Shown: piece by piece, positions 30,305 through 40,557 of the stretch
How positions within the stretch are numbered: the first letter of the stretch is position 1
How the letters are laid out: every line of letters begins with the position of its first letter
Source of the DNA: Bdellovibrionales bacterium
GTDB taxonomy: Bacteria; Bdellovibrionota; Bdellovibrionia; Bdellovibrionales; UBA1609
Assembly: GCA_965261545.1 (NCBI GenBank)
Contig: CBDHDF010000010.1
Coordinates: 96,001-160,000 of the forward strand
Direction: 5' to 3'
DNA: 64,000 nt
The notes under the pieces: generated by a model
Database searches by the model: none
The model's input: only the letters and a program-made list of their open reading frames with translations
Told to the model about the DNA's origin: nothing
Translations under genes and position numbers: made by a program

Positions 30305-31475
30305 GGTGAACCGCCTTTTCATTCTGATTTGCCACTTTACCCTTAGGGTCTGTGGCCTTTTTCTTACCGCTTTCCATCTTCTCACTATGGTCTGCCGCCT
30401 CCTCCCTATGGCCTGCACCCTTCTTATTCTGATCTTCCTCCTTCTCCTCGATGAGTTGCCAATTAAGAATCTCTAGGCTTACATTAAATTCTCTTGTGAC
30501 TTCATGGAGCATGGTCGTTGATGAATCGGATTTTCCAATGCTAAAATCTTTTTCTGCCTTTCTAGGGCAATAGCTATAATCCTGAAAACCCACCTTCACC
30601 TCACCCTTGGATTCAACTATGGGCTTGATGTAAAGTTCATTGATTCCATCAGAGAGCATATCTTCATTGATTTGAAGGGAGGCATAGAGGTATGGGTCAT
30701 TGAAACCTTTGAAGTATTTTATTTCCTCAAAGTTATACTCCTTATCTCCAATTCTTAGAACCAAGTCGATGGATTTTGAATCCTTATCAAAAGGAATGGG
30801 TGATTCATTCTTTCCAAGATAGTCTCGGTGAGAAACCACACACTTTCCCTTTTCCTCTATGTATCCACACCTTTTTGAGATGTTAGACTTTGAAGGGTCT
30901 TCACAAAAATGATTCTTCCAAGATGCTTCAACAGAGACATCATAGATGCTTGAGAACCGACTCTCTTTTCGCACACCACTTCTCACTTTGACTTCGACCA
31001 TATCACCAGCTTTCACACGGCTGATCCAAAGCTCCTTATCAACTCTTTGGTCTCTAAGGATCACATCAATCGTTCGTCTAAAGCGAGGAGGAGATATCTT
31101 TTTCTTATTTTCAGGTACTGGCTCTTTAACATTGTCGGATTCCTGAGTAGGTCCTTCCTCTTTATTTTTGGTGTCATGCAGGTTGTTGATGTCTTTTATG
31201 GCATCTATGGCATATCGACACCCATGACGTCCTTTTTTGCCTTCTGTAATCTCTATGGACTCCATTAAAAGATCGTTCCTAAAATATTTCATCTTCTCGT
31301 CTTCTAGTCCTCTGAAAATGATGCAAGGAGTGCCTTCTGACTCTTCATCCAAACCACCACACGCAGACAAAACCATTGGCAAGGTAATAAGACCTAAAAA
31401 AGCTATTCTTTTAAAAATTCTTACTTCATTCTTCTTACAAAAAAATTGGCAGATATTATTTTTTCTTTTATTCAT
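30297..31475 (-). CDS. Hypothetical lipoprotein
   Basis: Lipobox LSAC after a hydrophobic stretch; several Cys. Confidence 0.7.
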   Translation of the reverse strand: MNKRKNNICQFFCKKNEVRIFKRIAFLGLITLPMVLSACGGLDEESEGTPCIIFRGLEDEKMKYFRNDLLMESIEITEGKKGRHGCRYAIDAIKDINNLHDTKNKEEGPTQESDNVKEPVPENKKKISPPRFRRTIDVILRDQRVDKELWISRVKAGDMVEVKVRSGVRKESRFSSIYDVSVEASWKNHFCEDPSKSNISKRCGYIEEKGKCVVSHRDYLGKNESPIPFDKDSKSIDLVLRIGDKEYNFEEIKYFKGFNDPYLYASLQINEDMLSDGINELYIKPIVESKGEVKVGFQDYSYCPRKAEKDFSIGKSDSSTTMLHEVTREFNVSLEILNWQLIEEKEEDQNKKGAGHREEAADHSEKMESGKKKATDPKGKVANQNEKAVHHE

Positions 31476-31681
31476 GACTGTAATTCTCCTAAAGGTTGGA
31501 TTTTTATTTTTTTTAGTTTTTTTAATTTTATTAATCTTCTTAATTTTTCTTTAACTTGTTTGCGATATTTCTTATCGTAGAATTTATTATTCTTCTGCAT
31601 ATCACATCTTCTACTAATGACTTCCAAATCATTTATTTCTTTACCTTTCTTAAACGCACCTAAATTTCGTAGTTTCGACAT
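31472..31681 (-). CDS. Small basic hypothetical protein
   Basis: 69 aa, overlaps the next start. Confidence 0.45.
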   Translation of the reverse strand: MSKLRNLGAFKKGKEINDLEVISRRCDMQKNNKFYDKKYRKQVKEKLRRLIKLKKLKKIKIQPLGELQS

Positions 31682-31685
31682 TACA

Positions 31686-31898
31686 TTAACTCTCCACCAC
31701 TATGATTGATTTGATCAGATTGAAGGTATCTACAAGATCAAGTGTTTTTTCGTTTCTCTCTTGTATTTCATCAATCGCATCAAAAATCTCCATTGTTTCC
31801 AAACTATAAAGACCACATGATGGGCACTTGTACGGAAAGTTAAATTCAACATAAAAAGCCTCATCACAACGCAAACAACTTTTCATTCTATATCTCAA
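31686..31898 (-). CDS. Small zinc-ribbon protein
   Basis: CLRC...CPSC; GGAGG upstream. Confidence 0.55.
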   Translation of the reverse strand: MRYRMKSCLRCDEAFYVEFNFPYKCPSCGLYSLETMEIFDAIDEIQERNEKTLDLVDTFNLIKSIIVVES

Positions 31899-31935
31899 AA
31901 ATTTATCACCTCCATTTCAAATAAATTCTTTTTTA

Positions 31936-32511
31936 TTAAATTCTTTTTTTTATCACTTTTTTATTCATTTTCTTTTTCCCATGACATCGATTTCTTCTTA
32001 TGACTTCTTTCAACAAAAGATCAGAAATTCTCTTAAGGGCACGATCTTTTGTGTATTTAACAGCCACACGACTGACACCAAGCTTTTTTGAAGCTCCGCC
32101 CAAGCTAAGGTTTTCCCAGAAAATGTGATGTAAAACCTGTCTTTGATTCTCTGAAAGATGATTGATGATCTCTCCCAGAATTTCTTCCAGATGAAGGAAA
32201 TTCTTTGGATCGGTGGCCGGAGAGAAGACTTTTTCATGATCTTCTTGAGAAAGATTCTCAGAAAGACGCCCCATCAGGCTTGAGTTCTCCATGAGAAGCT
32301 CTTTTTGTTTAACGTCTACAGTGGAATCAAGATAGGTCTCCCAATCACTCGCTGACCAACTATGACAGACCTTTTTGATCTCTTCATCAGACATTGGTAA
32401 GCCGTCTTTTTGGGTCCAAATTTTACTTGTACTCTTTTTTTTCATATCAACTCCTTGTAATGCTCCCTGCAATGTTCTCTTGTTTTCAAGGAAGCTAAGA
32501 ATTAAACTCAT
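31936..32511 (-). CDS. Sigma70 region-4-like HTH protein
   Basis: LSENQRQVLHHIFWENLSLGGASKKLGVSRVAVKYTKDRALKRI. Confidence 0.75.
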   Translation of the reverse strand: MSLILSFLENKRTLQGALQGVDMKKKSTSKIWTQKDGLPMSDEEIKKVCHSWSASDWETYLDSTVDVKQKELLMENSSLMGRLSENLSQEDHEKVFSPATDPKNFLHLEEILGEIINHLSENQRQVLHHIFWENLSLGGASKKLGVSRVAVKYTKDRALKRISDLLLKEVIRRNRCHGKKKMNKKVIKKRI

Positions 32512-32562
32512 TTTCTCACTTCTTTAATTATTTAATAATTTACTCTTCTTTCTATTCACCTC

Positions 32563-32905
32563 CTCTCATATATGTGAAAATGTTAATGTAGAGGATTAAC
32601 AGCTCCTTCTTTTATGGCGAGAACATCTCACTCAATCAGAAACCATCAAAACCCATTCCTTGCTATTCTGAGTCTCTTTCAAATGCTTCAAAAAAAGCCT
32701 TTCCCCCCTACCTATGTGAAAACGTTAATGTGGGGGGTTAACAGTCCCGTATTTATTGAAGAAAATGGAATTCATTAAAAAATCTATTTCCTCCTATTTT
32801 TGAGATCCTTTCAAATACTTGCCCAAGGTCTCTCCCAAAAAAGCCATTCCCCCTACCTATGTGAAAATGTTAATGTAGGGGGTTAACAACTCCTTATTTA
32901 TTGAA
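32563..32905. repeat. Three about 143-bp-spaced copies of tatgtgaaaaYgttaatgtRgRggRttaaca
   Basis: Copies at about 32571, 32713 and 32858; copies 2 and 3 share extended flanks. Confidence 0.85.
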
Positions 32906-33809
32906 AGAAGCACCTGAACTCATCACGACCCTTCCATCATTGCCTTTCAATTTATTCAATGCACAAGACGGACCAAATGTTCCAAAGACATAAATGACTG
33001 ATTTTATTGGATATTTAATTTTGAGATATGGACCATAAATAGGTCATGGCCCAAAATATTGAGTTAATTTCATCGAAGCGAAGTAAAAGTAAAGAACAGT
33101 GGACCACTTTCGGTCTATTTAAAATATGTGATGAATGATTTAAGGGATTTAGACAAACCCACAAGTGGGACAGAATAATAAAGTGATGGATTATTTGGGA
33201 CTGTAAAAATAATTGTGTAACTGCAATTTTTTTCTTAAATCTTAAAGCCACTTATGTGGCTCCACTCCTGGTAAAAAGCACAGTCCCATATTATTCGTCA
33301 ATGTATAATTGACATTTTTTCCTTCAAGCGATTTTGTCAGTCACAATGCATTATAAGTTAATGGGGAGGTGGACATCTTCGCTGGTCTATATAATTGGCC
33401 TCTTTAGTTACTCTGGACTTTTGATTGTATTATGGAGCCGTAATGGGATCATATCAGAACTGGAAAGAACTCAAATAAATAATTATCATCTTGGTTGAAA
33501 AAAAATCAGCAATGGCTCTCTCAAAAAAATGGAAATTCCAATCTCATCAAAGGGTTCATGTGTTTAGGTTCCCATACTATATTACCCCCTTTTTTTTATT
33601 TTTTTTAACTTAGGATATTCGAGAAATACCAGAATTGGGATGAAATATGAAAAAAAATGGAAACCCAAATCTGCACCAAGAGGGCATGTATTTAGGTTCC
33701 CATACTATATTACCCTAACCATAGTCTCGGTATTCCAGTACTTCTGTCAACGCCTTAGAGGGGCTTTTAAGCCCCCTTATAAGGCAGGTGGTGGACCTTA
33801 TTAAAAAAC

Positions 33810-35638
33810 TTAGTTGTCAAAACGGTCACCGTATTCAATGGCAAACCTGTTCATGGCTGGCTTCCAGTTGTGTAATGGTCGTGTCCATCGCTTAGAGGCC
33901 ATTTTTATCGCTAAATATACAACTTTTAAAGCCGACCGATCACTGGGAAATATCTTACGATTTCTGATCGCCTTGCGGATCACGCTATTTAACGACTCTA
34001 TGGCGTTTGTGGTATAAAAAATCTTTCTGATTTCATCCGGATAATCGAAAATAGTGATGAGATTGTCCCAATTCCTACGCCAAGACTTTTCAATATTCGG
34101 ATACTTTGAAGACCACTTGGTACAAAATTCCTCAAGGGCCTTTTCAGCTTCTGTCAGAGTCGTAGAGCCATAAATGGACTTGAGGTCTTGGGCGACAGCT
34201 TTCATATCCTTGGAAGGAACATAGCGAAGGGAATTGCGGACCATATGGACAATGCACAGTTGCACTTTAGACTTGGGAAAAGCCGCTGAAATGGCTTGAG
34301 GAAAACCTGTAAGACCATCTACAGAAAATATAAATACATCTTTCAACCCTCGATTTTGCAGCTCAGTCAAAACACTCAACCAAAACTTTGAACCCTCATT
34401 TTCAGAAATCCATAGGCCCAACAAGTCTTTCTGACCCTCCTCTGTAATACCAAGAGCTAGGTAAATCGCCTTATTAATAACTCTCTTGTCTTGATGGACC
34501 TTCACCACGATACAGTCCAAAAATACGATAGGGTAAGTGCTATCCAAGGGGCGGTTCTGCCAAGCCGTAACTTCATCAATAACAGCATCCGTCACGTTGG
34601 CTATCACTGAGTGGGATATCTCTGCACCATGGTAGAGGTCTTTGATAGCTCCTTGAATATCCCTGGTCGTCATTCCCCTCGCATAGAGGGTCAGGATACT
34701 GTCTTCAAAGCCCTCAAGACGAGTCTTACCCTTGGGAATGACTTGAGGTTCAAAGGAGGCACTTCGGTCACGGGGGACCTGAAGCTCCACCTCGCCTTTC
34801 TCTCCCTTTATGGTCTTTCTACTGTAACCATTGCGAGTGTTGGATTTGCGGGTCTCAGACTTCTCATGCCTCTCATAACCTAGGTGATCGTCCATTTCCG
34901 CATTAAGGGCCGTCTCTAAAACAACCTTCATCAGTTGACCCGTTATGTCGGATAAATCCTTTTGGGTCTTGACGTTCTTCGCTAGTTCCTTGCCTATCGA
35001 GTAGGCAGTGGGAACTTCCCCCACTGCCCCTCACAGAACCGTGCTTGAAAGTCTCCCCTCACACGGCTCCTATGATTTTCCGTTTCATTAGGCTCCTCCT
35101 CAGCATAACCAAGTTGGCCTGACTACTTCCATAAATCATGTGACCCCTTCGCTCCATTCTCATTACAAGAACTTCATCACTACTACGAATCACTCTGCCC
35201 CTGGTTGGTGGCATCGGTATTTAGCACTTCGGGGGTCTCCCTTATAGCGTTTCCCTTATCATCCACCAGCAGGTTCCCACGTTCCGATACGAAGCCTGTA
35301 CTAGGTTCATGCCCCCTATACACCGCACGCCGTCTAGATCGGTCATCAGGCTTCCTCTAGACTTATCCCGACGGAGACAACCTTCCTTCGGTTTTGACGC
35401 GACTGTTAATCTTTCGATGCGTCGTCGGTGGGTTTGCTTTCGCTCATCTCCCTAGTACTTACATGACCGTTTACTACGGCCTTTTCCTTGCTCGCTCACT
35501 ACAAGGGCCTTGCCTCCCATGCAGCAGCAAGGTTGTTTGCACTCAAATCCTGAAATCCGAGTGCGGAGGACCTACCTCCATCTTCACATCAGCATGTCAC
35601 CTCCGTGACTTCGTGGCACACATTGTCTTGATATCCAT
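33810..35638 (-). CDS. IS256 transposase, two exons (35638-35622 and 34995-33810)
   Basis: RNGY, VPRDR, YARGMTTRDI, VFLD, DGLTG, QLCIVH, YTTNAIES. The spliced start reads MDIKTIGKELAKN. Confidence 0.9.
34996..35621 (-). ncRNA. ORF-less group II intron (IIB/class D-like), 626 nt
   Basis: 5' GTGTG; domain V GAGCCGTGTGAGGGGAGACTTTCAAGCACGGTTC; domain VI hairpin; 3' end CCTACTCGAT; EBS1-like GTTGTC complementary to the exon end GACAAT. Confidence 0.92.
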
Positions 35639-36108
35639 TCTGCCTTCTCCTTTCAAGATGATAGTTCATCCTAATATGATTCGGCAGTTACACAAAATAG
35701 TTTACAGGCTCGATTATTTTGTCATTTATTACAATAAAATATTAAACGATAACCCAAAATCTAGAAATTTTTCTTATTTTTTTATGATTTTTTATTAATG
35801 AACTCGACGGAAAACCATGAGAGTCGGAAATTCAAAATGAGTTATATTAAAAGTTTAGAAAAATCCTCTCTTGTATCTCACAATCATAATTGCAATAGCA
35901 CCTTGAGTTTGGCTTTCATTGGTAATCATAGCTCTCTGGATTCCTGTTTCAAGGGGTGATCTATTCAGTCGACATAGAGATTGGAGCCCTCATTGCCTAC
36001 TGTTTAAGAAATAGGAAGCCTAGCATCCAAGCTAGTGAGCATGAGGAAGCCTTCTAAAGGCTTTCTAAAAAAAACAAAACTGGGTTTAAGCTATCATCGG
36101 AAAATACT

Positions 36109-38163
36109 TTAACCACCATCATCGAGTCCATCGTCACTAATACTCCAACTACGATCTATGAGGGCGCTCCGTGCATCAATAGCACTATTATTGTATTTTG
36201 AATTTCCACCATGGAATGAGATATTATTCTGTTGTGAGGTGGTGTGGATTTGGTTGAGCAGGCTGCTGTATATTCCCGTGGGAAGGGTGAGTCCTTCAAG
36301 CATGCTACTCATGTCTGTGACACTAAGGAAATTCCATTGAGTCATATCGGGTTGAGCCATTGGGGCTTGCCTAAACATAGAACTCATGTTTGTGACATTG
36401 GAGACATCCCAACCGCTGACGTCGGGATTGGCAACATCTGCCCCATCAAACATATAACTCATGTTTGTGACATTGGAGACATCCCAACCGCTGACATCGG
36501 GATTGACAACATCTGCCTCATCAAACATATGACCCATGTTTGTGACATTGGAGACATCCCAATCGCTGACATCGGGATTGGCAACATCTGCCAAATAAAA
36601 CATATAACTCATATTTGTGACCTTGGATGTATCCCAGCGACTCACATCGAGATCGGCCATATTTGCATCGGAAAACATAAAGTTCATATTTGTGACCTTG
36701 GATGTATCCCAGCGACTCACATCGAGATCGGCCATATTTGCATCGTAAAACATATAACTCATATTTGTGACCTTGGATGTATCCCAACCGCTGACGTCGG
36801 GACTAGCAACATCTGCCCCACCAAACATATAACTCATATTTGTGACCTTGGATGTATCCCAACCGCTGACGTCGGGATTGGCAACATCTGCCTCATAAAA
36901 CATATAACTCATATTTGTGACCTTGGATGTATCCCAACCGCTTACGTCGGGATTGGCAACAGATGCCTCAGAAAACATAGAGTTCATGTTTGTGACATTG
37001 GAGACATCCCAATCGCTGACATCGGGATTGGCAGCTTCTGCATCATAAAACATGCTACTCATATCTGTAACCCCAGAAACATTTCCTCCACTTAGATACT
37101 CAAGGGCTTCGCATTGCCTAAAGGCTCCTTTTAAACTCCGCCACCCCACATCACCAAGATCTTTCACAAAGATGAGTTTTAATCTATGTGCTGTAGCCTC
37201 GCTATCGAAATTCCAAGCCTCAAGGGTCCCCGAAATGGTGACAGTGTAATCTCCAGCTTCGGCGTAAATATGAGTGATATCGCTGTCATCATGGGACGTG
37301 ATCTCACTGGAGGAATCATCCCCCCAATCCACAGTAAAATTAGACTTGTATCCTGAGGGCAAGGGGAGAGCGATGGCTTCACTTGTTTGAGAAGTTCTCC
37401 AAACAGAGACAAAGAAAGAGAACCCTCCATCACTGATACTCCACCCTCGTTCTTTTAAGAGTTGTCGGATATTTTCGGAACGGCTGTCGTACTTAGAGCT
37501 CCCCATATCCAATGTGAAATTTTCCTGGCTGGAGGTTTCATAAAGTCGCTGAAGGAGTGTGTTATAGACCCCTGTGGGAAGGGTGACTTCACTGAAAGTC
37601 TCATCCATCTTTGCCAAAAGAGCAAAATTCCATCCACTGAAGTCTATTTTCTTTATAGAAGTCACTCCTTTAAACATGCGATCCATGTTTGTGACATTGG
37701 AGATGTCTCCTCCTCCTACTTGGCGAAGGTTGCTGCAACCCTCAAAGGCTCCCTCTAAGTTGATCCACCCCATATTCCCTAAGTCGGTCACAGAAATGAG
37801 TTTGTCTTTGCTCCCACTGTTGTTGAAATACCAAGCCTCAAGCTCCCCCGAAATAGTGACGGTGTAGTCTCCAGACTCGGCATAGGTATGAGTGATATCG
37901 CTGTCATCATGGGATGTGATTTCACTAGAGGCACCATCACCCCAGTCCACAGTGAAATTATAATTATACCCTGATCGCAACGGAAGAGTGATGGACTCAT
38001 TTTCACTGGACAAACGCCACACAGAGATAAAGGAAGAAGCTGTCACAGAAGGAGCTTGCTTTGTATCACCACAGCCTAAAAGACTCGCCATGGTCAGGCC
38101 AACAGAGAGACCCATGGTGAGTAAAGGTAGGGTGCATCTTGTAAAAGTTTGTAATGGAGTCAA
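36109..38163 (-). CDS. BspA/DUF285 repeat surface lipoprotein with two PKD-like domains
   Basis: Lipobox LLGC; two TVDWGD...THxYAExGDYTVTISG domains; about ten 25-aa repeats (NPDVSGWDTSKVTNMSYMF). Confidence 0.88.
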   Translation of the reverse strand: MTPLQTFTRCTLPLLTMGLSVGLTMASLLGCGDTKQAPSVTASSFISVWRLSSENESITLPLRSGYNYNFTVDWGDGASSEITSHDDSDITHTYAESGDYTVTISGELEAWYFNNSGSKDKLISVTDLGNMGWINLEGAFEGCSNLRQVGGGDISNVTNMDRMFKGVTSIKKIDFSGWNFALLAKMDETFSEVTLPTGVYNTLLQRLYETSSQENFTLDMGSSKYDSRSENIRQLLKERGWSISDGGFSFFVSVWRTSQTSEAIALPLPSGYKSNFTVDWGDDSSSEITSHDDSDITHIYAEAGDYTVTISGTLEAWNFDSEATAHRLKLIFVKDLGDVGWRSLKGAFRQCEALEYLSGGNVSGVTDMSSMFYDAEAANPDVSDWDVSNVTNMNSMFSEASVANPDVSGWDTSKVTNMSYMFYEADVANPDVSGWDTSKVTNMSYMFGGADVASPDVSGWDTSKVTNMSYMFYDANMADLDVSRWDTSKVTNMNFMFSDANMADLDVSRWDTSKVTNMSYMFYLADVANPDVSDWDVSNVTNMGHMFDEADVVNPDVSGWDVSNVTNMSYMFDGADVANPDVSGWDVSNVTNMSSMFRQAPMAQPDMTQWNFLSVTDMSSMLEGLTLPTGIYSSLLNQIHTTSQQNNISFHGGNSKYNNSAIDARSALIDRSWSISDDGLDDGG
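36330..37085. repeat. 75-bp tandem repeat array within the DUF285 gene
   Basis: Directly visible in-frame repeats. Confidence 0.9.
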
Positions 38164-38734
38164 AGCTTACCTCCTTCGCTCATATTTTCTTCTTTTCACC
38201 TTTTTTCTTCTCAACTTGATATAAAAAGATGTAATATATATTATATGCGCACTCTGGTTAAGGTGAAAACGCTGACTTGGATTTATGGACTTTATAAATA
38301 AGAAGATCGAAGGAAATCCTGCTCAAGGTCGTGGTCTCTAACCCACATTTCTCACAAAGATATACTGGAGTTCTATTGGGTATAGCCATAAAATTTACTG
38401 GAAAGATACTGCCGAGGCTCATGCCCTTTGCCTATTATTTTTATATCCAGTCAGAACTCACCACTCATTTTATCCTCCCCTTCATTGTGTGCCTCAGTGA
38501 AAATCTTTTACATAGTGATGGTGCAGTAAAAGACTCATTTTCCAGATGATTTTGGAACCCTATAGATAGAGGAATGGTTGAAACCCAACCTTGATTATTA
38601 GATTTTGTAAAGCTATGTGGCACAATGTGGAGCAAGAAGGCCAAACTGTTGGAGTAAATTGCACCCTCTGGTGAGATAAGAGTTCTTTCTGCTTTTACTT
38701 CCTTTACTTCCCCGTATCAACTTTAATTTTTATG

Positions 38735-39054
38735 ATCGTACAAAAATTGATGGAATGAGGGTGTACCAGTGAAATGATGTAGACAAACAGCTTGTTTCCT
38801 GTAATACTTTATTTTTGCAACGAAATTATCAACCAAAAAGTGGGGACCTCATGTCAAAATCTAAGGTAAAGTTAAAATCAAATCGTTCCAATTCAATTAC
38901 CACTGAAGTCACAACTTCCTTATCAAAATCAATGTTAGGAATGGAAGAAAGCATAAGAGATGCCTTAAATGAAGCTGGTAGCATAGCGACCAAATCGACT
39001 TTAAATCACCTTGATAAGGTTATTACATCGTCTGAGACAAAATTAAAAAAATGA
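38735..39054 (+). pseudogene. ISKra4-like transposase N-terminal remnant
   Basis: SMLGMEESIRDALNEAGSIAT resembles ISKra4-type N-termini, then truncates. Confidence 0.5.
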
Positions 39055-39185
39055 ATTGAATGCGGTTATTACATATGTTGTTGAGAATCATAAATTGATT
39101 GTTACCATCCATCTTTGACAAGAAAATAATCTAACAAAACTATCATAGATTTTTTCCGAAAAGGAATAAAAATAAGAAATTGTAT

Positions 39186-39595
39186 ATGGCAGCACAGCAA
39201 AGAACATGGGTACGTGATCCCCACAAGGTATCAAAGAAGATTCCAAAAGCATTAAAAGATGAAGTAATGAAGAATGGGGAGAAACTCGTTGAGTTATATT
39301 TGAAACCTCAATATATACAAGAACCACCAAAAAATCGAGAAGAAAATTATTTGCTGATTTGAGTTGCAAGTGGATTCGGAACTTCTTTTATTTCACATCG
39401 AAGTACCACTGCCGGTCTAAACGAGCCATAGAGCCATTTTTTACTTGGCACTTTGCTCGGCTTGGCTATCAGGTAAACAATAAATTTAAAATATCATACA
39501 TGAGACACAACGAAGAATGGCATGATCTTTACTTCGATAAATCATTAAAAGAATCCCTCAAGCTAGTCAAAAATGGAGGACATTTGGAGCCATAA
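39186..39595 (+). pseudogene. Hypothetical protein split by a frameshift near 39355
   Basis: Two abutting ORFs that read as one protein (...NY/..CKW.RNFFYF...FARL...SYMRH). Confidence 0.5.
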
Positions 39596-39654
39596 GTATA
39601 ACTTGCCGTGACTCTCAACCCACCATCTGGGAGTCAGACAGAACAGTACGAAAA

Positions 39655-40059
39655 TCATTGGAGTTGATGAGCTGTCTCTGTGGAGTGATACCCCTTCAAT
39701 GGGGTGTGCCCACTGAGAAGATCAAATATTTCTTTTGGATGAAATGGCTTGCTGATTCGCCGGATCTGATGTTTTGCGTATGAGTCTTTTATAGTAGAAA
39801 GTTGTCCTGATAGTAAAAGAAAGGGCGTGTCTTCAAATTGATGAATCTTTCGCATCATTTCTAGGCCATTGATTTTTGGCATGGAATAATCCGTTATGAG
39901 GAGGTCAATTTTCTCCGATCTCATCTGAAAAAACTTGATAGCCCACAGAGGTTTCTCGAAAGATATAGCTTGGATATTCATAAGATTCAATATTTCCAAA
40001 AGCATGATAATCATCTCTGGATCATCATCAACAACTAAGACCTTTTGATAAGTACTCAT
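39655..40059 (-). CDS. Single-domain response regulator
   Basis: VLVVDDD, LLITDYSMPKING, LSG, SKPF; GGAGG RBS before ATG 40059. Confidence 0.9.
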   Translation of the reverse strand: MSTYQKVLVVDDDPEMIIMLLEILNLMNIQAISFEKPLWAIKFFQMRSEKIDLLITDYSMPKINGLEMMRKIHQFEDTPFLLLSGQLSTIKDSYAKHQIRRISKPFHPKEIFDLLSGHTPLKGYHSTETAHQLQ

Positions 40060-40082
40060 TTTATCCTCCCCTTCGTGTGACC

Positions 40083-40328
40083 TCAACGAAGACCTCTTGG
40101 CATAGCAATGGTGCAATAACTGGTTTTAAAATTGTCTTCTTCAAAATTCCGAGCAATACAATAGGCATCGTATTTCCTCAATAAATCTTTTTCCACTCCT
40201 GATATTGTACGACTCTCTGAAAAGACAATCTTAATCTTATTTTTTTCAAAAAGGTCATGGATTTTTTCTTTTAAATCTAGGTCCATGCATAAAACTAACA
40301 TTTCTATTTCTTCTTTTTTATTTTCCAT
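40083..40328 (-). CDS. Hypothetical protein
   Basis: 81-aa ORF with AGGA RBS. Confidence 0.5.
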   Translation of the reverse strand: MENKKEEIEMLVLCMDLDLKEKIHDLFEKNKIKIVFSESRTISGVEKDLLRKYDAYCIARNFEEDNFKTSYCTIAMPRGLR

Positions 40329-40557
40329 AAATTTCCTATGAAATCTAGACTTTTCATTTTTTTTAATGAAATGCTTCTTGGCATAGGTGTTCGTGGTTTT
40401 TTTCTAATTTTAATTCCGAATTAATGGAAATACTTTTCAAGCCTCCTTTTTTACATAGAGGGAAGTGGGCGATTTATAAATATTTATAGATGGTATTTTG
40501 AGAAATGGACGCAGATTGACATTTGATATCCACGACAAGCCATGTGTTTTAAGAGAC

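Larger units (their letters stand above)
33197..35711 (-). mobile_element. IS256-family element carrying a group II intron
   Basis: IRs gggactgtaaaaataattgtgtaactgc / gcagttacacaaaatagtttacaggctc; 8-bp target duplication GATTATTT (33189-33196, 35712-35719). Confidence 0.9.

Noticed and set aside
16906..32511. Prophage
   Set aside because: No terminase, capsid, tail or lysis genes; the content is conjugation-like.
32563..32905. CRISPR array
   Set aside because: Only three degenerate units, the long spacers resemble each other, and there are no cas genes.
33361..33374. atggggaggtggac as the second att site of the ICE
   Set aside because: Two mismatches to the 16825 motif, and it lies inside the IS256 boundaries defined by IRs and target duplication.
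33810..35024. ORF-track start of the IS256 transposase (MGEVPTAYS)
   Set aside because: Those codons are intron domain VI; the real start is at 35638 with an RBS.
34996..35621. Retron, DGR or IStron
   Set aside because: No RT gene or template/variable repeat pair; the RNA motifs are group II, not group I.
36244..37095. 283-aa plus-strand Cys/His-rich repeat ORF
   Set aside because: Antisense shadow of the DUF285 repeat array.
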